The notes under the pieces: model-generated
Told to the model about the DNA's origin: nothing
Database searches by the model: none
Seen by the model: only the letters and a program-made list of their open reading frames with translations
NCBI GenBank assembly: GCA_039638295.1
Contig: JBDIWJ010000020.1
Span: 1 to 27,342 of the forward strand
From: Candidatus Phoenicimicrobium oleiphilum
Lineage (GTDB): Bacteria; Atribacterota; Phoenicimicrobiia; Phoenicimicrobiales; Phoenicimicrobiaceae
Length of the DNA: 27,342 nucleotides
Direction: 5' to 3'
Translations under genes and position numbers: made by a program
Shown: positions 9,007-18,986 of the stretch, piece after piece
Layout of the letters: the number at the start of each line of letters is the position of its first letter
How positions within the stretch are numbered: the first letter of the stretch is position 1

Positions 9007-9915
9007 TTATTTTTTACTTCTCCTTTTTATAGCTGGTTCTATATGGATAGTAGTTTCAATATTCTTCTCGTCTTTTATCTTCTTTTCTAATTCTTCTGTA
9101 ACTCTATGGGCATCTTCCAATCTCATATCTGCTGGCAATCTAATATGAAAAGTCAATTCTCTATTATCTCCATATTTGTGAGAATGAAGGTGATGCAATT
9201 TAACATTACGAGATACATTATTGATTACAATTCTTCTAATCTCTTCCTTAAAATCATCAGATGGTTCTTCCCCAATTAAGGTACTAATTGATTTCTTCAG
9301 AATAGTATAAGTGGTATAAAATATAACCAAAGATACTGAAATACCCATAATACTATCCACCCACCAGAAATATTTTCCTATAAAGATTCCGACTAAAACT
9401 AGAAAAGATACTAAGGCATCACTTCTATGATGCCAGCCATCGGCAATAAGCGATTGAGAATTAATTTTCTTTCCAGCGCGTATAGAAAACTGAGCTAATC
9501 CTTCTTTTACTATGACAGAGATTGTAAAAACTATTATAGCTAAATTTCCATAAAAGGCAGATTGATGATTAATAAACTTTTGAATAGAGGCAATTAAAAA
9601 ATTAACACCTACCACACCCAATAGTGTCCCAATGATAACCGAGCTAATTACTTCTGCTTGACCGTGGCCAAAGGGGTGTTTTTTATCAGCAGGTTTGGAA
9701 GAAACTTTAAAACCTATAATTACCACCAGAGAGGTGAGTGAGTCTGACAAGGTATGCCAGGCATCAGCAACTATAGCTATGGAAAAGGTCTTAGTTCCTA
9801 CCCAGTATTTTAAAATAAAAAGAAATGTATTCAGGATAATTGATACGGTCCCCTCTAAATATCCGATAAAAGTCTTCTGTTTTTTTGAAACTCTTTTTTT
9901 AGAGCTAATTTTCAT
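9007..9915 (-). CDS. Cation diffusion facilitator (FieF/MamM-like) transporter
   Basis: ADAWHTLSD, HPFGHG, ADGWHHRSD, C-terminal dimerisation domain ending IHIEP. Confidence 0.93.
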   Translation of the reverse strand: MKISSKKRVSKKQKTFIGYLEGTVSIILNTFLFILKYWVGTKTFSIAIVADAWHTLSDSLTSLVVIIGFKVSSKPADKKHPFGHGQAEVISSVIIGTLLGVVGVNFLIASIQKFINHQSAFYGNLAIIVFTISVIVKEGLAQFSIRAGKKINSQSLIADGWHHRSDALVSFLVLVGIFIGKYFWWVDSIMGISVSLVIFYTTYTILKKSISTLIGEEPSDDFKEEIRRIVINNVSRNVKLHHLHSHKYGDNRELTFHIRLPADMRLEDAHRVTEELEKKIKDEKNIETTIHIEPAIKRRSKK

Positions 9916-9961
9916 TTCCCCCTTTTAAGTCTTAAATTACGAAAAGATAATAATCTTTGAG

Positions 9962-11167
9962 CTATTTTTTCTTGGATAGACTTACTGATTTTACTTTTTT
10001 AAAAGTATAAAAATCCTTAATCTTTTCCAGTATATCATCATCCCATTCCCTATCCTTAATTATCCTTTCCAGGGCAAAGGTATCTAATGTGGAAACTTCT
10101 TCTATTTTATTTAATCTTCTTAGAATTTCCTCCAAAGCCTTTCTTTCGCTACTGCCTTTCTTTCCTAAGATAGAAACTTTCTGCTTCTCAGAAATTTTTA
10201 ATTTATGATCACTTCCCATAATCACTTCTATCCCTTCTTTGACAGCGTATTTTATCACTGCTTCTTTCAATTTTTCTAACTCTTTATCTATTTCCTTAAT
10301 CTTTTCCTTGTATTCCTTTTTTTTAAGGTCAAAACTGGCAAAAGTATTTACTAGCTTTACCCCGTCATCGTTTAAATACTCATTAACCAGCAACTTTTCT
10401 GTTTTATAGTTATGTTTTTGCCGGGGACATAAATCGGGATAGGGACACCAACTGCAAAGGGCACTCTCTTTAGGCAGAAATTCTTCGGTATTTTCAATCT
10501 TATTGATTAAGACAACTGTATCTTTCTTTAAGGTTTCCAGTTCCTCGGGCGAACGAACAGAAGACATCTCCTTATCAAAAGCAACATAATGCCATATTAA
10601 ATTTACTTTCTTTACATCTTTCCAAATATTTTGAATCCCTATCTGATAAAGGGCTAATTGTCTATCTCTATCGAAATAAGTCTGTTCAGGCAAACTACCC
10701 GAAGTCTTGTAATCATGAATCTCATAAGTACCATCAGCAAGCTGGTCAATTCTATCAATATAACCCTGAATTAAATATTTTCTATCTCCGTTGATGTCAA
10801 CAATCACTCTCTTTTCTATAGCTAATGTTCTACCCCGGTTAAAGGGGTAATATCTTTTATAATAATCTTCAATACACCTACGACCCAAATTTCTATAATC
10901 ATCAACGGTTCTCTCTCTTCTGACAATCAGAATGTCTTTATGATAATTTTTAGACCAAAGGTCTTCATAGTAACTGATCAGTTCTTCCAGAGAACACAGC
11001 CGATACCTTAGGTCTCGATATAATTTCTCCATTGTTTCGTGAAAACGGGAACCAAGAAAGGCTTCTATACTTTCCTCATCACGTTTGATTTTGTCTAAAT
11101 AATTAAATTTATATTTTAAAGGGCAATCCTCAAAGGTTCCCAGGCGGGAATAAGAGTAGTAAGTCAT
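9962..11167 (-). CDS. PD-(D/E)XK RecB/Cas4-like exonuclease with Fe-S cysteines and coiled-coil tail
   Basis: SYSRL..FEDCP, GSRFH, GYIDRID, IHDYKT, QLALY, CSWCPYPDLCP. Confidence 0.88.
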   Translation of the reverse strand: MTYYSYSRLGTFEDCPLKYKFNYLDKIKRDEESIEAFLGSRFHETMEKLYRDLRYRLCSLEELISYYEDLWSKNYHKDILIVRRERTVDDYRNLGRRCIEDYYKRYYPFNRGRTLAIEKRVIVDINGDRKYLIQGYIDRIDQLADGTYEIHDYKTSGSLPEQTYFDRDRQLALYQIGIQNIWKDVKKVNLIWHYVAFDKEMSSVRSPEELETLKKDTVVLINKIENTEEFLPKESALCSWCPYPDLCPRQKHNYKTEKLLVNEYLNDDGVKLVNTFASFDLKKKEYKEKIKEIDKELEKLKEAVIKYAVKEGIEVIMGSDHKLKISEKQKVSILGKKGSSERKALEEILRRLNKIEEVSTLDTFALERIIKDREWDDDILEKIKDFYTFKKVKSVSLSKKK

Positions 11168-11195
11168 TTATAACCTCCTCCATTTCAGTATTTTT

Positions 11196-11843
11196 TTATA
11201 CCCATTCGGCAACATATTCTCTCAAATGTTTGGTTTGATTCAATTGTACCAGACAATACCCTCTACCTTCTTTATGAGATAAAAGGCTATAAGAAGCGGT
11301 ATCTAAATGGATTTTCCAAAAATAGGGAGGAGAAATATTTATGCAAGCAGCAATAAGCGGTTTGAGGACTGCTCGATGGGAAACTATCACTAAAACCTCT
11401 CCGTTATGTCGGGAAACTAAACTATCCAGACAGTCCTTGGCTCTCCTTTGTACATCATAAAGAGTTTCCATATTTTTCACTTTTAGTTTTTCCGGATTGT
11501 TCACCCAGAGCTCCCATTCTTTAGGATACAGTTCGGCAATCTCTTTTTTAAATCGCCCTTCCCAACTTCCTAATTCAATATTATTAAATTGTTCTTCCAC
11601 TTTAACTTCTATTCTACATTGTCGGGCAATTGCTTCAGCGGTCTGCCTTGCTCGGGACAGAGGACTGGTATAAATATGCTTAAGGGGAAACTTTTTTAAT
11701 TCCTGAGCTAAATCTTGAGCCTGAATAAACCCTCTCTTATTTAAAGGAAAATCTGCCCTCCCTCTAAACATCCCCTTAATATTTCCTTCACATTCCCCAT
11801 GTCTTACTAAAATAATTAGTGTTCCATCAAAATTCTTATACAC
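11196..11843 (-). CDS. Histidine phosphatase family protein (GpmB/CobC-like)
   Basis: LVRHGE, TSPLSRARQTA, VSH motifs; start refined to GTG 11843 after GGAGGT. Confidence 0.9.
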   Translation of the reverse strand: MYKNFDGTLIILVRHGECEGNIKGMFRGRADFPLNKRGFIQAQDLAQELKKFPLKHIYTSPLSRARQTAEAIARQCRIEVKVEEQFNNIELGSWEGRFKKEIAELYPKEWELWVNNPEKLKVKNMETLYDVQRRAKDCLDSLVSRHNGEVLVIVSHRAVLKPLIAACINISPPYFWKIHLDTASYSLLSHKEGRGYCLVQLNQTKHLREYVAEWV

Positions 11844-11860
11844 CCTTACCTCCAATCTTA

Positions 11861-11901
11861 AAAATGTAAACAAAGGTGCCAGGCACCTTTGTTTACATTT
11901 T
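11861..11901. repeat. Perfect 41-bp palindrome overlapping the HD gene stop codon
   Basis: aaaatgtaaacaaaggtgcc-a-ggcacctttgtttacatttt: 20-bp arms, 1-nt spacer. Confidence 0.85.
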
Positions 11902-12582
11902 CCCTTTCCACTCTTTAAAAAATTGTTTTAAGTAAAGATTTAGAAAACGGTGTCTTCTTTTGGCTATTTTTCTGCCCAAAGAGGTATACATCATATCTTT
12001 GAGTTTCAATAACTTTTCATAAAAATGATTAATAGAAGGGGCTTCGGTAGTTTTATATTCTTCTTTGGTTATGGATTTGTTTGGTTTAATGTTCGGGTCA
12101 TAAATTGGTCGATTAAAAAATCCTCCGTAAGTAAAAGCCCGGGCAATACCTATTGCTCCCATGGCATCTAGACGGTCGGCATCAGTTACTGCCATTAATT
12201 CTTTAGAGATTGTTAAAGTAGAAGAATCTTTTTTATCTTTCCTCTTACCTCCCTTATCAGGTAAAGTGTGCATAAAAGAGACCTGAGAAGTAATTTCTAC
12301 AATCTTATCGATTAGCAAGGGAGAAACCTCTAAAGAAGATAGCCATTCCCTTACTTTTTTTTCACCTAATTTTTCATTTCCCTGAAAGAATTTATAATCC
12401 CCAATATCATGTAAAAGAGCAGACAATTCCACTATAAATATATCAGCCTCCTGCTCTCTGGCAATCCGCTTAGCTAAATTTCTTACCCGGTGGATATGCC
12501 ACCAATCATGCCCAGTACTATCTTTACTTAAGGCTTCTTTTACAAACAATTCTGTTTTTTCAATTATTTCTTTTTTATCCAT
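11893..12582 (-). CDS. HD-domain phosphohydrolase (YedJ/YpgQ-like)
   Basis: GHDWWHIHRV, LLHDIGD, DADRLDAMGAIGIAR, HFYEKLL; ATG 12582 after AGGTGA (alternative GTG at 12594). Confidence 0.9.
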   Translation of the reverse strand: MDKKEIIEKTELFVKEALSKDSTGHDWWHIHRVRNLAKRIAREQEADIFIVELSALLHDIGDYKFFQGNEKLGEKKVREWLSSLEVSPLLIDKIVEITSQVSFMHTLPDKGGKRKDKKDSSTLTISKELMAVTDADRLDAMGAIGIARAFTYGGFFNRPIYDPNIKPNKSITKEEYKTTEAPSINHFYEKLLKLKDMMYTSLGRKIAKRRHRFLNLYLKQFFKEWKGKM

Positions 12583-12659
12583 TTCTTTTCTCACCTGGAG
12601 AAGATCTTTGGCATTTTTTAACCTATTAGAAAATTCTTAATATTCCTTCTATTATTATT

Positions 12660-13772
12660 TTAATTAACTATAATTAAATCATAATTCTGTGTACCTAAAC
12701 CTATCTTTTCTGCATAATTCAAGCCTACTTTCCAATCGGTATCAATATGAACATTGGCAAATTTATCTTCCCCGGAACGAAAATGCTTCTCTTCTAGAAT
12801 ACTACCTTTGACCATAGGGGCTTTATTTACTAAATCTACACAAGCTCTATCCAGGGCTACGGGATCAAAAGAGGCAGCCATTCCTATATCTGGTACTATA
12901 GCTATATCATTATAATTCCAGCAATCACAATAGGGTGAAACATTCATAATAAAACTAATGTGAAAATGGGGTTTACCTTTTAATGCTGCATAGGTATATT
13001 CTGCAATCTTTTCCTGGACATTGCCTCCCGATTCATCAGAGCCTGCAACTGCTGCACTGTACTGGCAAACTGCTACACATTGACCACAACCAATACATTT
13101 TTCATAATCAATTTCTGCTTTTTTATTTCTATTAAAATGAATTGCCTCCCGGGAGCAGTTTTTAATACACTGCCCACAACCCACACAATTATTAAGTTTT
13201 ATTTTTGGCTTAGATTTAGAATGCATTTCCATTTTACCAGCCCGAGAACCACTGCCCATCCCTAAATTTTTCAAAGTACCTCCAAAACCTGTCATTTCAT
13301 GACCCTTAAAATGAGTTAGAGAAATAATAATATCAGCATCAGCAATAGCTGCAGCAATCTTGGCAGCTTGAAAATGTTTTTGATTGATAAGAATCTGGCG
13401 ATATTCAGTCCCTTTCAGTCCATCAGCAATAATTACATCACATCCTACTGCAATCCGATTAAATCCATTCTCCATGGCTGTATTTAAGTGGTCTATTGCA
13501 TTAGCCCTCTTGCCATAATAAAGAGTATTGGCATCAGTCAGATATGGCCTCCCTCCTAATTCTTTTATTAATTTTACTATGCAGGCCACATAATTAGGCC
13601 GAATATAAGAAAGATTTCCCGGTTCCCCAAAATGAATTTTTAGGGCTACAAACTTATCCTTAAAATCAATCTCTTTAATACCGGCTTCTAAAATCAACTT
13701 TTTTAATTTATCCAACAAGTTCTTCCCTGGCTTTGCTCTTAAATCTGTAAAATAAACTTTTGCCCTATTCAA
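12660..13772 (-). CDS. DUF362 domain 4Fe-4S protein
   Basis: KIHFGEPGN, HFKGH..GFGGTLKNLGMG, two CxxCxxCxxxC motifs, DPVALDRAC. Confidence 0.9.
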   Translation of the reverse strand: MNRAKVYFTDLRAKPGKNLLDKLKKLILEAGIKEIDFKDKFVALKIHFGEPGNLSYIRPNYVACIVKLIKELGGRPYLTDANTLYYGKRANAIDHLNTAMENGFNRIAVGCDVIIADGLKGTEYRQILINQKHFQAAKIAAAIADADIIISLTHFKGHEMTGFGGTLKNLGMGSGSRAGKMEMHSKSKPKIKLNNCVGCGQCIKNCSREAIHFNRNKKAEIDYEKCIGCGQCVAVCQYSAAVAGSDESGGNVQEKIAEYTYAALKGKPHFHISFIMNVSPYCDCWNYNDIAIVPDIGMAASFDPVALDRACVDLVNKAPMVKGSILEEKHFRSGEDKFANVHIDTDWKVGLNYAEKIGLGTQNYDLIIVN

Positions 13773-13802
13773 AGCAATCCCCTCCTTTAATTCTAAAAAT
13801 AT

Positions 13803-14504
13803 TCATAGTGTTAATTCCATATCATCATAAGCCAAAATAGCTTCTGGAAATTTTTTAGAAAATTCTTCTTCTTTTTCTATAACTTCTTTTCCTAAATGGG
13901 TAAAGATAATGTTTTTTATATCGTATTTTTTACACCAATTTATCTGAGTAATAATCCTGGTATGGCCAAAAAACTGATCTCCTCTCCTTCTAACCAGGTT
14001 AATCTTAAGAGAAGAACCATCACCAATATAATGACTAACCCCTGCTAATATCTCATCTTTATCTAAAATGTCTACTAAATCAGGATTATAAACCAGGGTC
14101 TCATTTTCTGGAATCTTTATTTTAAAACCTACTGCTGGGCACCTTATAGAGTGTAATACTCGATAGGGAATTATTTCTAAAAAATTCAACTTGAATTTAT
14201 TACCAATGGCAATTATTCTATAATTGTATGGCTTATATTTTCCATAGCTCAAAGTCTCTTCAGTTAAATAAACTGGAACTTCAGTTTTTATATTCTCTTC
14301 TAACCAGATATAGTGGTCAGGATGAGCATGAGTAATCAGTATTGCATTTGGTTTTATCTCTTCTAATTTATACTTATGTTTTAAACCATAATCTATTAAT
14401 AATTTAAAATTATTAAAATTTATTAAAATCGAGGAGTGATATCGATGTTTGAGAGTTTCTTTTTCAATTTCTCCTTTGGTGCCTAAAAAAATTAATTTTG
14501 CCAT
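13803..14504 (-). CDS. Metallo-beta-lactamase-fold hydrolase (RNase Z/PhnP-like)
   Basis: FLGT start, LIDYG, THAHPDH, HS, FTHLG, AYD end. Confidence 0.88.
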   Translation of the reverse strand: MAKLIFLGTKGEIEKETLKHRYHSSILINFNNFKLLIDYGLKHKYKLEEIKPNAILITHAHPDHYIWLEENIKTEVPVYLTEETLSYGKYKPYNYRIIAIGNKFKLNFLEIIPYRVLHSIRCPAVGFKIKIPENETLVYNPDLVDILDKDEILAGVSHYIGDGSSLKINLVRRRGDQFFGHTRIITQINWCKKYDIKNIIFTHLGKEVIEKEEEFSKKFPEAILAYDDMELTL

Positions 14505-14626
14505 TAATAAACTCTCCTTTAAATATTTTATATAAATTTTTAAATAATTAGATTCATTAAAGAAACCTTTAGACAGTCGTTTTATTAAATAAGTAATTTG
14601 TTTAGATCCATTATTCTTCCCCTCTA

Positions 14627-15646
14627 TTATTTTGTTACTCTCAAAACTCCTGCCCCTTGCATCTTTCCTTCTTTAAGTAAAATTAAGGCATCATTTGCTT
14701 CTTCTAATTTAAATTCGTGAACTTTAGGGACAATGGGAATCTTATCCGCCAGGAGCAAAAACTCCTGAGCATCTCTCCTCGTTACATTGGCTGTGCTCTT
14801 TATTTCCTTCTCATGCCAGAGATGTTGAGCATAATCTAATTCAGGGATGGGAGTTTCTTTGCGAATGGCATTTATTACTAACCTTCCCCCTTTTTCTAAG
14901 TTTCTCAAAGCCTCTCTCACTGGTATTCCTACCGGAGTAAAATCAATAGCACAATTAAGTTTGTCAGGAGGTGTATCCCCTGTTGCCCCAACCCAATCTG
15001 CCCCTAATTTTCTGGCTAAATCTTGATGTTCCTCTTGATTTGGTCTAGTAAATACAAAAACAGGACTACGGGGGTATTGATACTTAGCAACTTGAATGAC
15101 GATATGAGCAGAAGCACCAAAGCCATAGAGTCCTAAAACTTGACCATCTTCAATCCCAGAAAGTCTTAACGCCCTATAACCAATAGAACCTGCACAAAGA
15201 AGAGGAGCCGCCTCTTGGTCGGTAAATCTTTCTGGAATAGGATAAGCAAATTCTTCAGAAACTACCGTATACTGGGCATAACCTCCATCTACATCCTTCC
15301 CCGTCCACCTGGCTTTATCACACAAATTCTCCTCCCCTTTAAGACAGAATGAACATTCTCCACAAGCCCAATTGATCCAGGCAATCCCTACTCGATCATC
15401 TTCTCTAAACTTACATGTTCTTGAGCCTAATTCTTTCACTTTCCCTACAATTTCATGCCCTAAAACTATGGGGTATCTGGTGGGAGGAACTCTCCCCTCA
15501 ATCTCATCTAATTCAGTATGACAAATCCCACAAGTAGAGATTTTAACTAAAATTTCTTTGGGGCCAAGTGTAGGGATAGGTAAATCTATTAATTTCAAAG
15601 GTCTTTCTCTTATTGAAGAAATTTTTTTCAGTACCATCGCTTTCAT
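14627..15646 (-). CDS. Zinc-dependent alcohol dehydrogenase family protein
   Basis: CGICHTE, GHEIVG, CGECSFC..EENLC, GLYGFGASA; start refined to ATG 15646 after AAGGAGGT. Confidence 0.92.
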   Translation of the reverse strand: MKAMVLKKISSIRERPLKLIDLPIPTLGPKEILVKISTCGICHTELDEIEGRVPPTRYPIVLGHEIVGKVKELGSRTCKFREDDRVGIAWINWACGECSFCLKGEENLCDKARWTGKDVDGGYAQYTVVSEEFAYPIPERFTDQEAAPLLCAGSIGYRALRLSGIEDGQVLGLYGFGASAHIVIQVAKYQYPRSPVFVFTRPNQEEHQDLARKLGADWVGATGDTPPDKLNCAIDFTPVGIPVREALRNLEKGGRLVINAIRKETPIPELDYAQHLWHEKEIKSTANVTRRDAQEFLLLADKIPIVPKVHEFKLEEANDALILLKEGKMQGAGVLRVTK

Positions 15647-15721
15647 ACCCAAACCTCCTTTATTAATAGGAGACATTCTCTCTTATTTCTTATAATTTTT
15701 CAGCAACTCCTTTATGAAAAA

Positions 15722-17137
15722 TCATAATGTTTCCACTTTTAGCAAGTTAGTAGTACCGGGGATTCTAAAGGGAATTCCGGCAGTAATAATTATTTTATCC
15801 CCTTTCTTAACCAATCCAGTTGCTAAAGCTACTTCTCTAGATTTTTTAATCATATCATCAGTATTTTCCAATTCATCAGATTTAAAGGGGTAAACTCCCC
15901 AGCTAAGAGCAAGCCTTCTCACGGTAGAATCCTGAGTGCTGACTGCAATAATAGGAACAGGGGGACGATATCGAGATACCATCCGTGCTGTACTACCTGA
16001 AAAGGTAAAGGTGACAATCGCCTTTGCTTTTAAATCCAGAGCTACCTGACAGGTGGCATGGCTTATCGCATCTGGATTGGTAGGTTTAACTGAACGTGAT
16101 CTTTCACTTAATATTCGTTCATAATCTATAGCCCTTTCAGTCCTTAAAGAAATCCTGTTCATAGTTTCCACTGCTTCCAGAGGATAATTACCTACTGCTG
16201 TCTCCTCAGATAACATAATTGCATCAGTCCCATCAAGGATTGCATTAGCTACATCAGTTACCTCGGCACGGGTAGGTCGAGGTCCACTCACCATCGACAT
16301 TAACATTTGTGTGGCAGTAATCACTGGCTTCCCCACAAGATTGCATTTCTTAATTATATCTTTTTGAACCAAAGGAACATTCTCCAAAGGTATTTCTACT
16401 CCCAGATCACCCCGAGCAATCATTATTCCATCAGAGGTTTCTATTATCTCTTTGAGGTTATCTACTGCCTCTTTCTTTTCAATCTTGGCAATTAAGAAGA
16501 TATCTTCTGCTCCATTTTCTTTTAATATTTTTCTCGCCCTTAAGACATCATCAGCATTTCTGGTAAAAGAAAGGCCAATAAAATCTATTTTATTTTTTAT
16601 TCCAAAAAGGATATCTTGATAATCTTTTTCAGTTAAAGAGGAGATACCCATAGATATATCTGGTATATTTATTCCTTTGTGAGAATTCAGCTTACCACCC
16701 CTCACTACTTGACAAATAATATCATTAGAAGTAAGTTCTTTGACTTTAAGTTCTAAGGTTCCATCAGCTAAAAAAATACGGTCCCCCTTCTTCATCTTCT
16801 GGGGTAATGACGGAAAAGTAATAGATACTTCCTGTGTATCTCCAGGAACCTCTCGATTAGTGAGAATAAAAGAGGAATTTTCCTTTAAAAAAGCAGGTTC
16901 TTTTTTAATCTTCCCAATCCTTATCTTTGGACCTCCCAAATCCTGGAGAATAGCTATAGGCTTGCCTATCTCTAAAGAAGCTTGGCGGATATATTTTATT
17001 TTTTGAAGATGTTCCTCGTAATTGCCATGAGAAAAATTTAATCGAGCAACATCCATACCATTTTTTATTAGCTGCTCTATTTCCTCATAAGAACTACTGG
17101 CTGGACCAATAGTGCATACTATCTTAGTTTTTCTCAT
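15722..17137 (-). CDS. pyk: Pyruvate kinase
   Basis: TKIVCTIGPAS, ARLNFSHG, AKIE, ARGDLGVE, TATQML, DGTDAIMLS. Confidence 0.97.
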   Translation of the reverse strand: MRKTKIVCTIGPASSSYEEIEQLIKNGMDVARLNFSHGNYEEHLQKIKYIRQASLEIGKPIAILQDLGGPKIRIGKIKKEPAFLKENSSFILTNREVPGDTQEVSITFPSLPQKMKKGDRIFLADGTLELKVKELTSNDIICQVVRGGKLNSHKGINIPDISMGISSLTEKDYQDILFGIKNKIDFIGLSFTRNADDVLRARKILKENGAEDIFLIAKIEKKEAVDNLKEIIETSDGIMIARGDLGVEIPLENVPLVQKDIIKKCNLVGKPVITATQMLMSMVSGPRPTRAEVTDVANAILDGTDAIMLSEETAVGNYPLEAVETMNRISLRTERAIDYERILSERSRSVKPTNPDAISHATCQVALDLKAKAIVTFTFSGSTARMVSRYRPPVPIIAVSTQDSTVRRLALSWGVYPFKSDELENTDDMIKKSREVALATGLVKKGDKIIITAGIPFRIPGTTNLLKVETL

Positions 17138-17580
17138 CCTAATCCCTCCTACAATAAACCAGTTTATTTTACCTCCCCTTAGAGATAAAGTTTACCCGTA
17201 AATTAGATTAGAGAAATTTCTAATTCTCAATAAATATGCCCAATCAAATTACATCTTGTCTCAAGGCGCTCAGGGGAACAAACTCCTTTAAAACCCTACT
17301 GGGTCTTTAGTTATTTCTTTTCAGCCTTACACAATACCTTTTCTGACAATCTGTTAAAATCCATTATTTTTATTTTAAATTTGTGCTTGTGAAAAGGGGT
17401 AAAAAATTTATATTATAACATCGGATCCTTTGAAATTCCAATGTAATAAAATATTTTAATTATTATAACATATTTTTTATTTTTGCTTTTAAAATATGTA
17501 TATTATTAATGTAAATATTATTATTTACAAGTGGAGAAAAAAGGGGGGAAGAATTTAAAATTAAATAGTTCAATACAAAA

Positions 17581-18831
17581 CTAAAATTTGAACTTTTTCT
17601 CTCTAAAGAGCTTCAGGCAGGTATCTACTACTTTAGGGTCATAAAGGATGTCACGTTTTTGGAAGATTTCCTCCAGGGCTTTTTTAATACCCAAAGCTGG
17701 ACGATAAGGACGATGGGAAGACATCGCCTCCACTACATCGGCTACAGCTATAATCCTGGCTTCTACCAGAATCTTATTATCCTTTAACCTTCTGGGGTAG
17801 CCTGAACCATCTATTCTTTCATGATGCTGAAGGATAATTTCTCCTACTGGCCAGGGAAAACTTACCTCTTTTAAAATATTGTAACCAGCCTGGGGATGAG
17901 CTTTAATTAGGTTAAATTCAAGCTCTGTTAATTTACTTGGTTTGTTTAAAATTTCTGAAGGTATACCTGCCTTTCCGATATCGTGAACCAGGGCAGCAAT
18001 CTTTATCAATTTAACTTCTTTTTTAGAAAGCTCCATTTTTCGGGCAATAGCTACAGCAAGCTCTGATACTCTCTTCTGATGACCCGAAGTATAAGAATCC
18101 CTTAATTCAATTATCTTTACTAGAGTATTTACAGCATTATTTAGCATTTCTTCTAATTTTTGATGGGTTTGGATTAGACTTTCTTCCATTCTTTTGCGTT
18201 CACTAATGTCCTGGATAATGGCTACTGAATGCCATTTTTTATCTATCTCTATTGCAGACAGGGATATTTCTATGGGAAAATTAACTCCATTTTTCCTTTT
18301 GGCGATAAATTCTGAAGTCTTTCCTATAATAGAACCTTCGCCACTATTTTTAAACCTATTAAATCCTTTTTTAAAGGATTGGTGATATTTTGAAGGGATA
18401 AGAATACTAAGCAAATCATTGTTTAAGGTTTCTTCTGAAGAATAACCAAATATTTTTTCTGCAGCCTTATTCCAAAAAATAATCTTCCCTTTTTCGTCAG
18501 CAATAATGAAAGCATTCGGAATTATTGCACCAATCTTTTCATAGTTTCTTTTAATCTCGAGTAATCTTTTCGTAGTCTTCTGAGGGTTATCAATTTCCTG
18601 CAAAATTTGTTCATTGACAACTGTTCTTTTAAGAGTACAAGTTGTAACTGGGTCTTCAAGGGGTTCAGGATATTGCTCTGTCTCATCCTGTATATTTTGA
18701 GGTTTATCAGATAATTTTTCTAAATCATTAATTCTCTGCTGCAATCTTTCTATCTTTTTTAATAATTCTTCATTGCTTTTTTCTTTTTCCTTTGTATTTT
18801 CTATATTATTTCTATAAATCTTTTTAGACAT
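17581..18831 (-). CDS. PAS domain + HD-GYP c-di-GMP phosphodiesterase
   Basis: PAS (WNKAAEKIFGY...RKNG..FPIEIS...QDISERK); GHQKRV, HDIGK, HHERIDGSGYP, ADVVEAM, RPYR. Confidence 0.92.
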   Translation of the reverse strand: MSKKIYRNNIENTKEKEKSNEELLKKIERLQQRINDLEKLSDKPQNIQDETEQYPEPLEDPVTTCTLKRTVVNEQILQEIDNPQKTTKRLLEIKRNYEKIGAIIPNAFIIADEKGKIIFWNKAAEKIFGYSSEETLNNDLLSILIPSKYHQSFKKGFNRFKNSGEGSIIGKTSEFIAKRKNGVNFPIEISLSAIEIDKKWHSVAIIQDISERKRMEESLIQTHQKLEEMLNNAVNTLVKIIELRDSYTSGHQKRVSELAVAIARKMELSKKEVKLIKIAALVHDIGKAGIPSEILNKPSKLTELEFNLIKAHPQAGYNILKEVSFPWPVGEIILQHHERIDGSGYPRRLKDNKILVEARIIAVADVVEAMSSHRPYRPALGIKKALEEIFQKRDILYDPKVVDTCLKLFREKKFKF

Positions 18832-18986
18832 CGCCTTAAACCACCTTTAGCACTATTCCTAACCGCAATCTGACAAAACAAACAATTCAATTTGTTGGAC
18901 AAACATTTTTTTATAATAAAAAATTCTAGATAATGAATTTATGATTGTTAGAATTAATACTATTGCTTTTATCTTCAAAAAAAATA

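Noticed and set aside
9962..11167. CRISPR-Cas locus around the Cas4-like gene
   Set aside because: No repeat-spacer array or other cas genes seen
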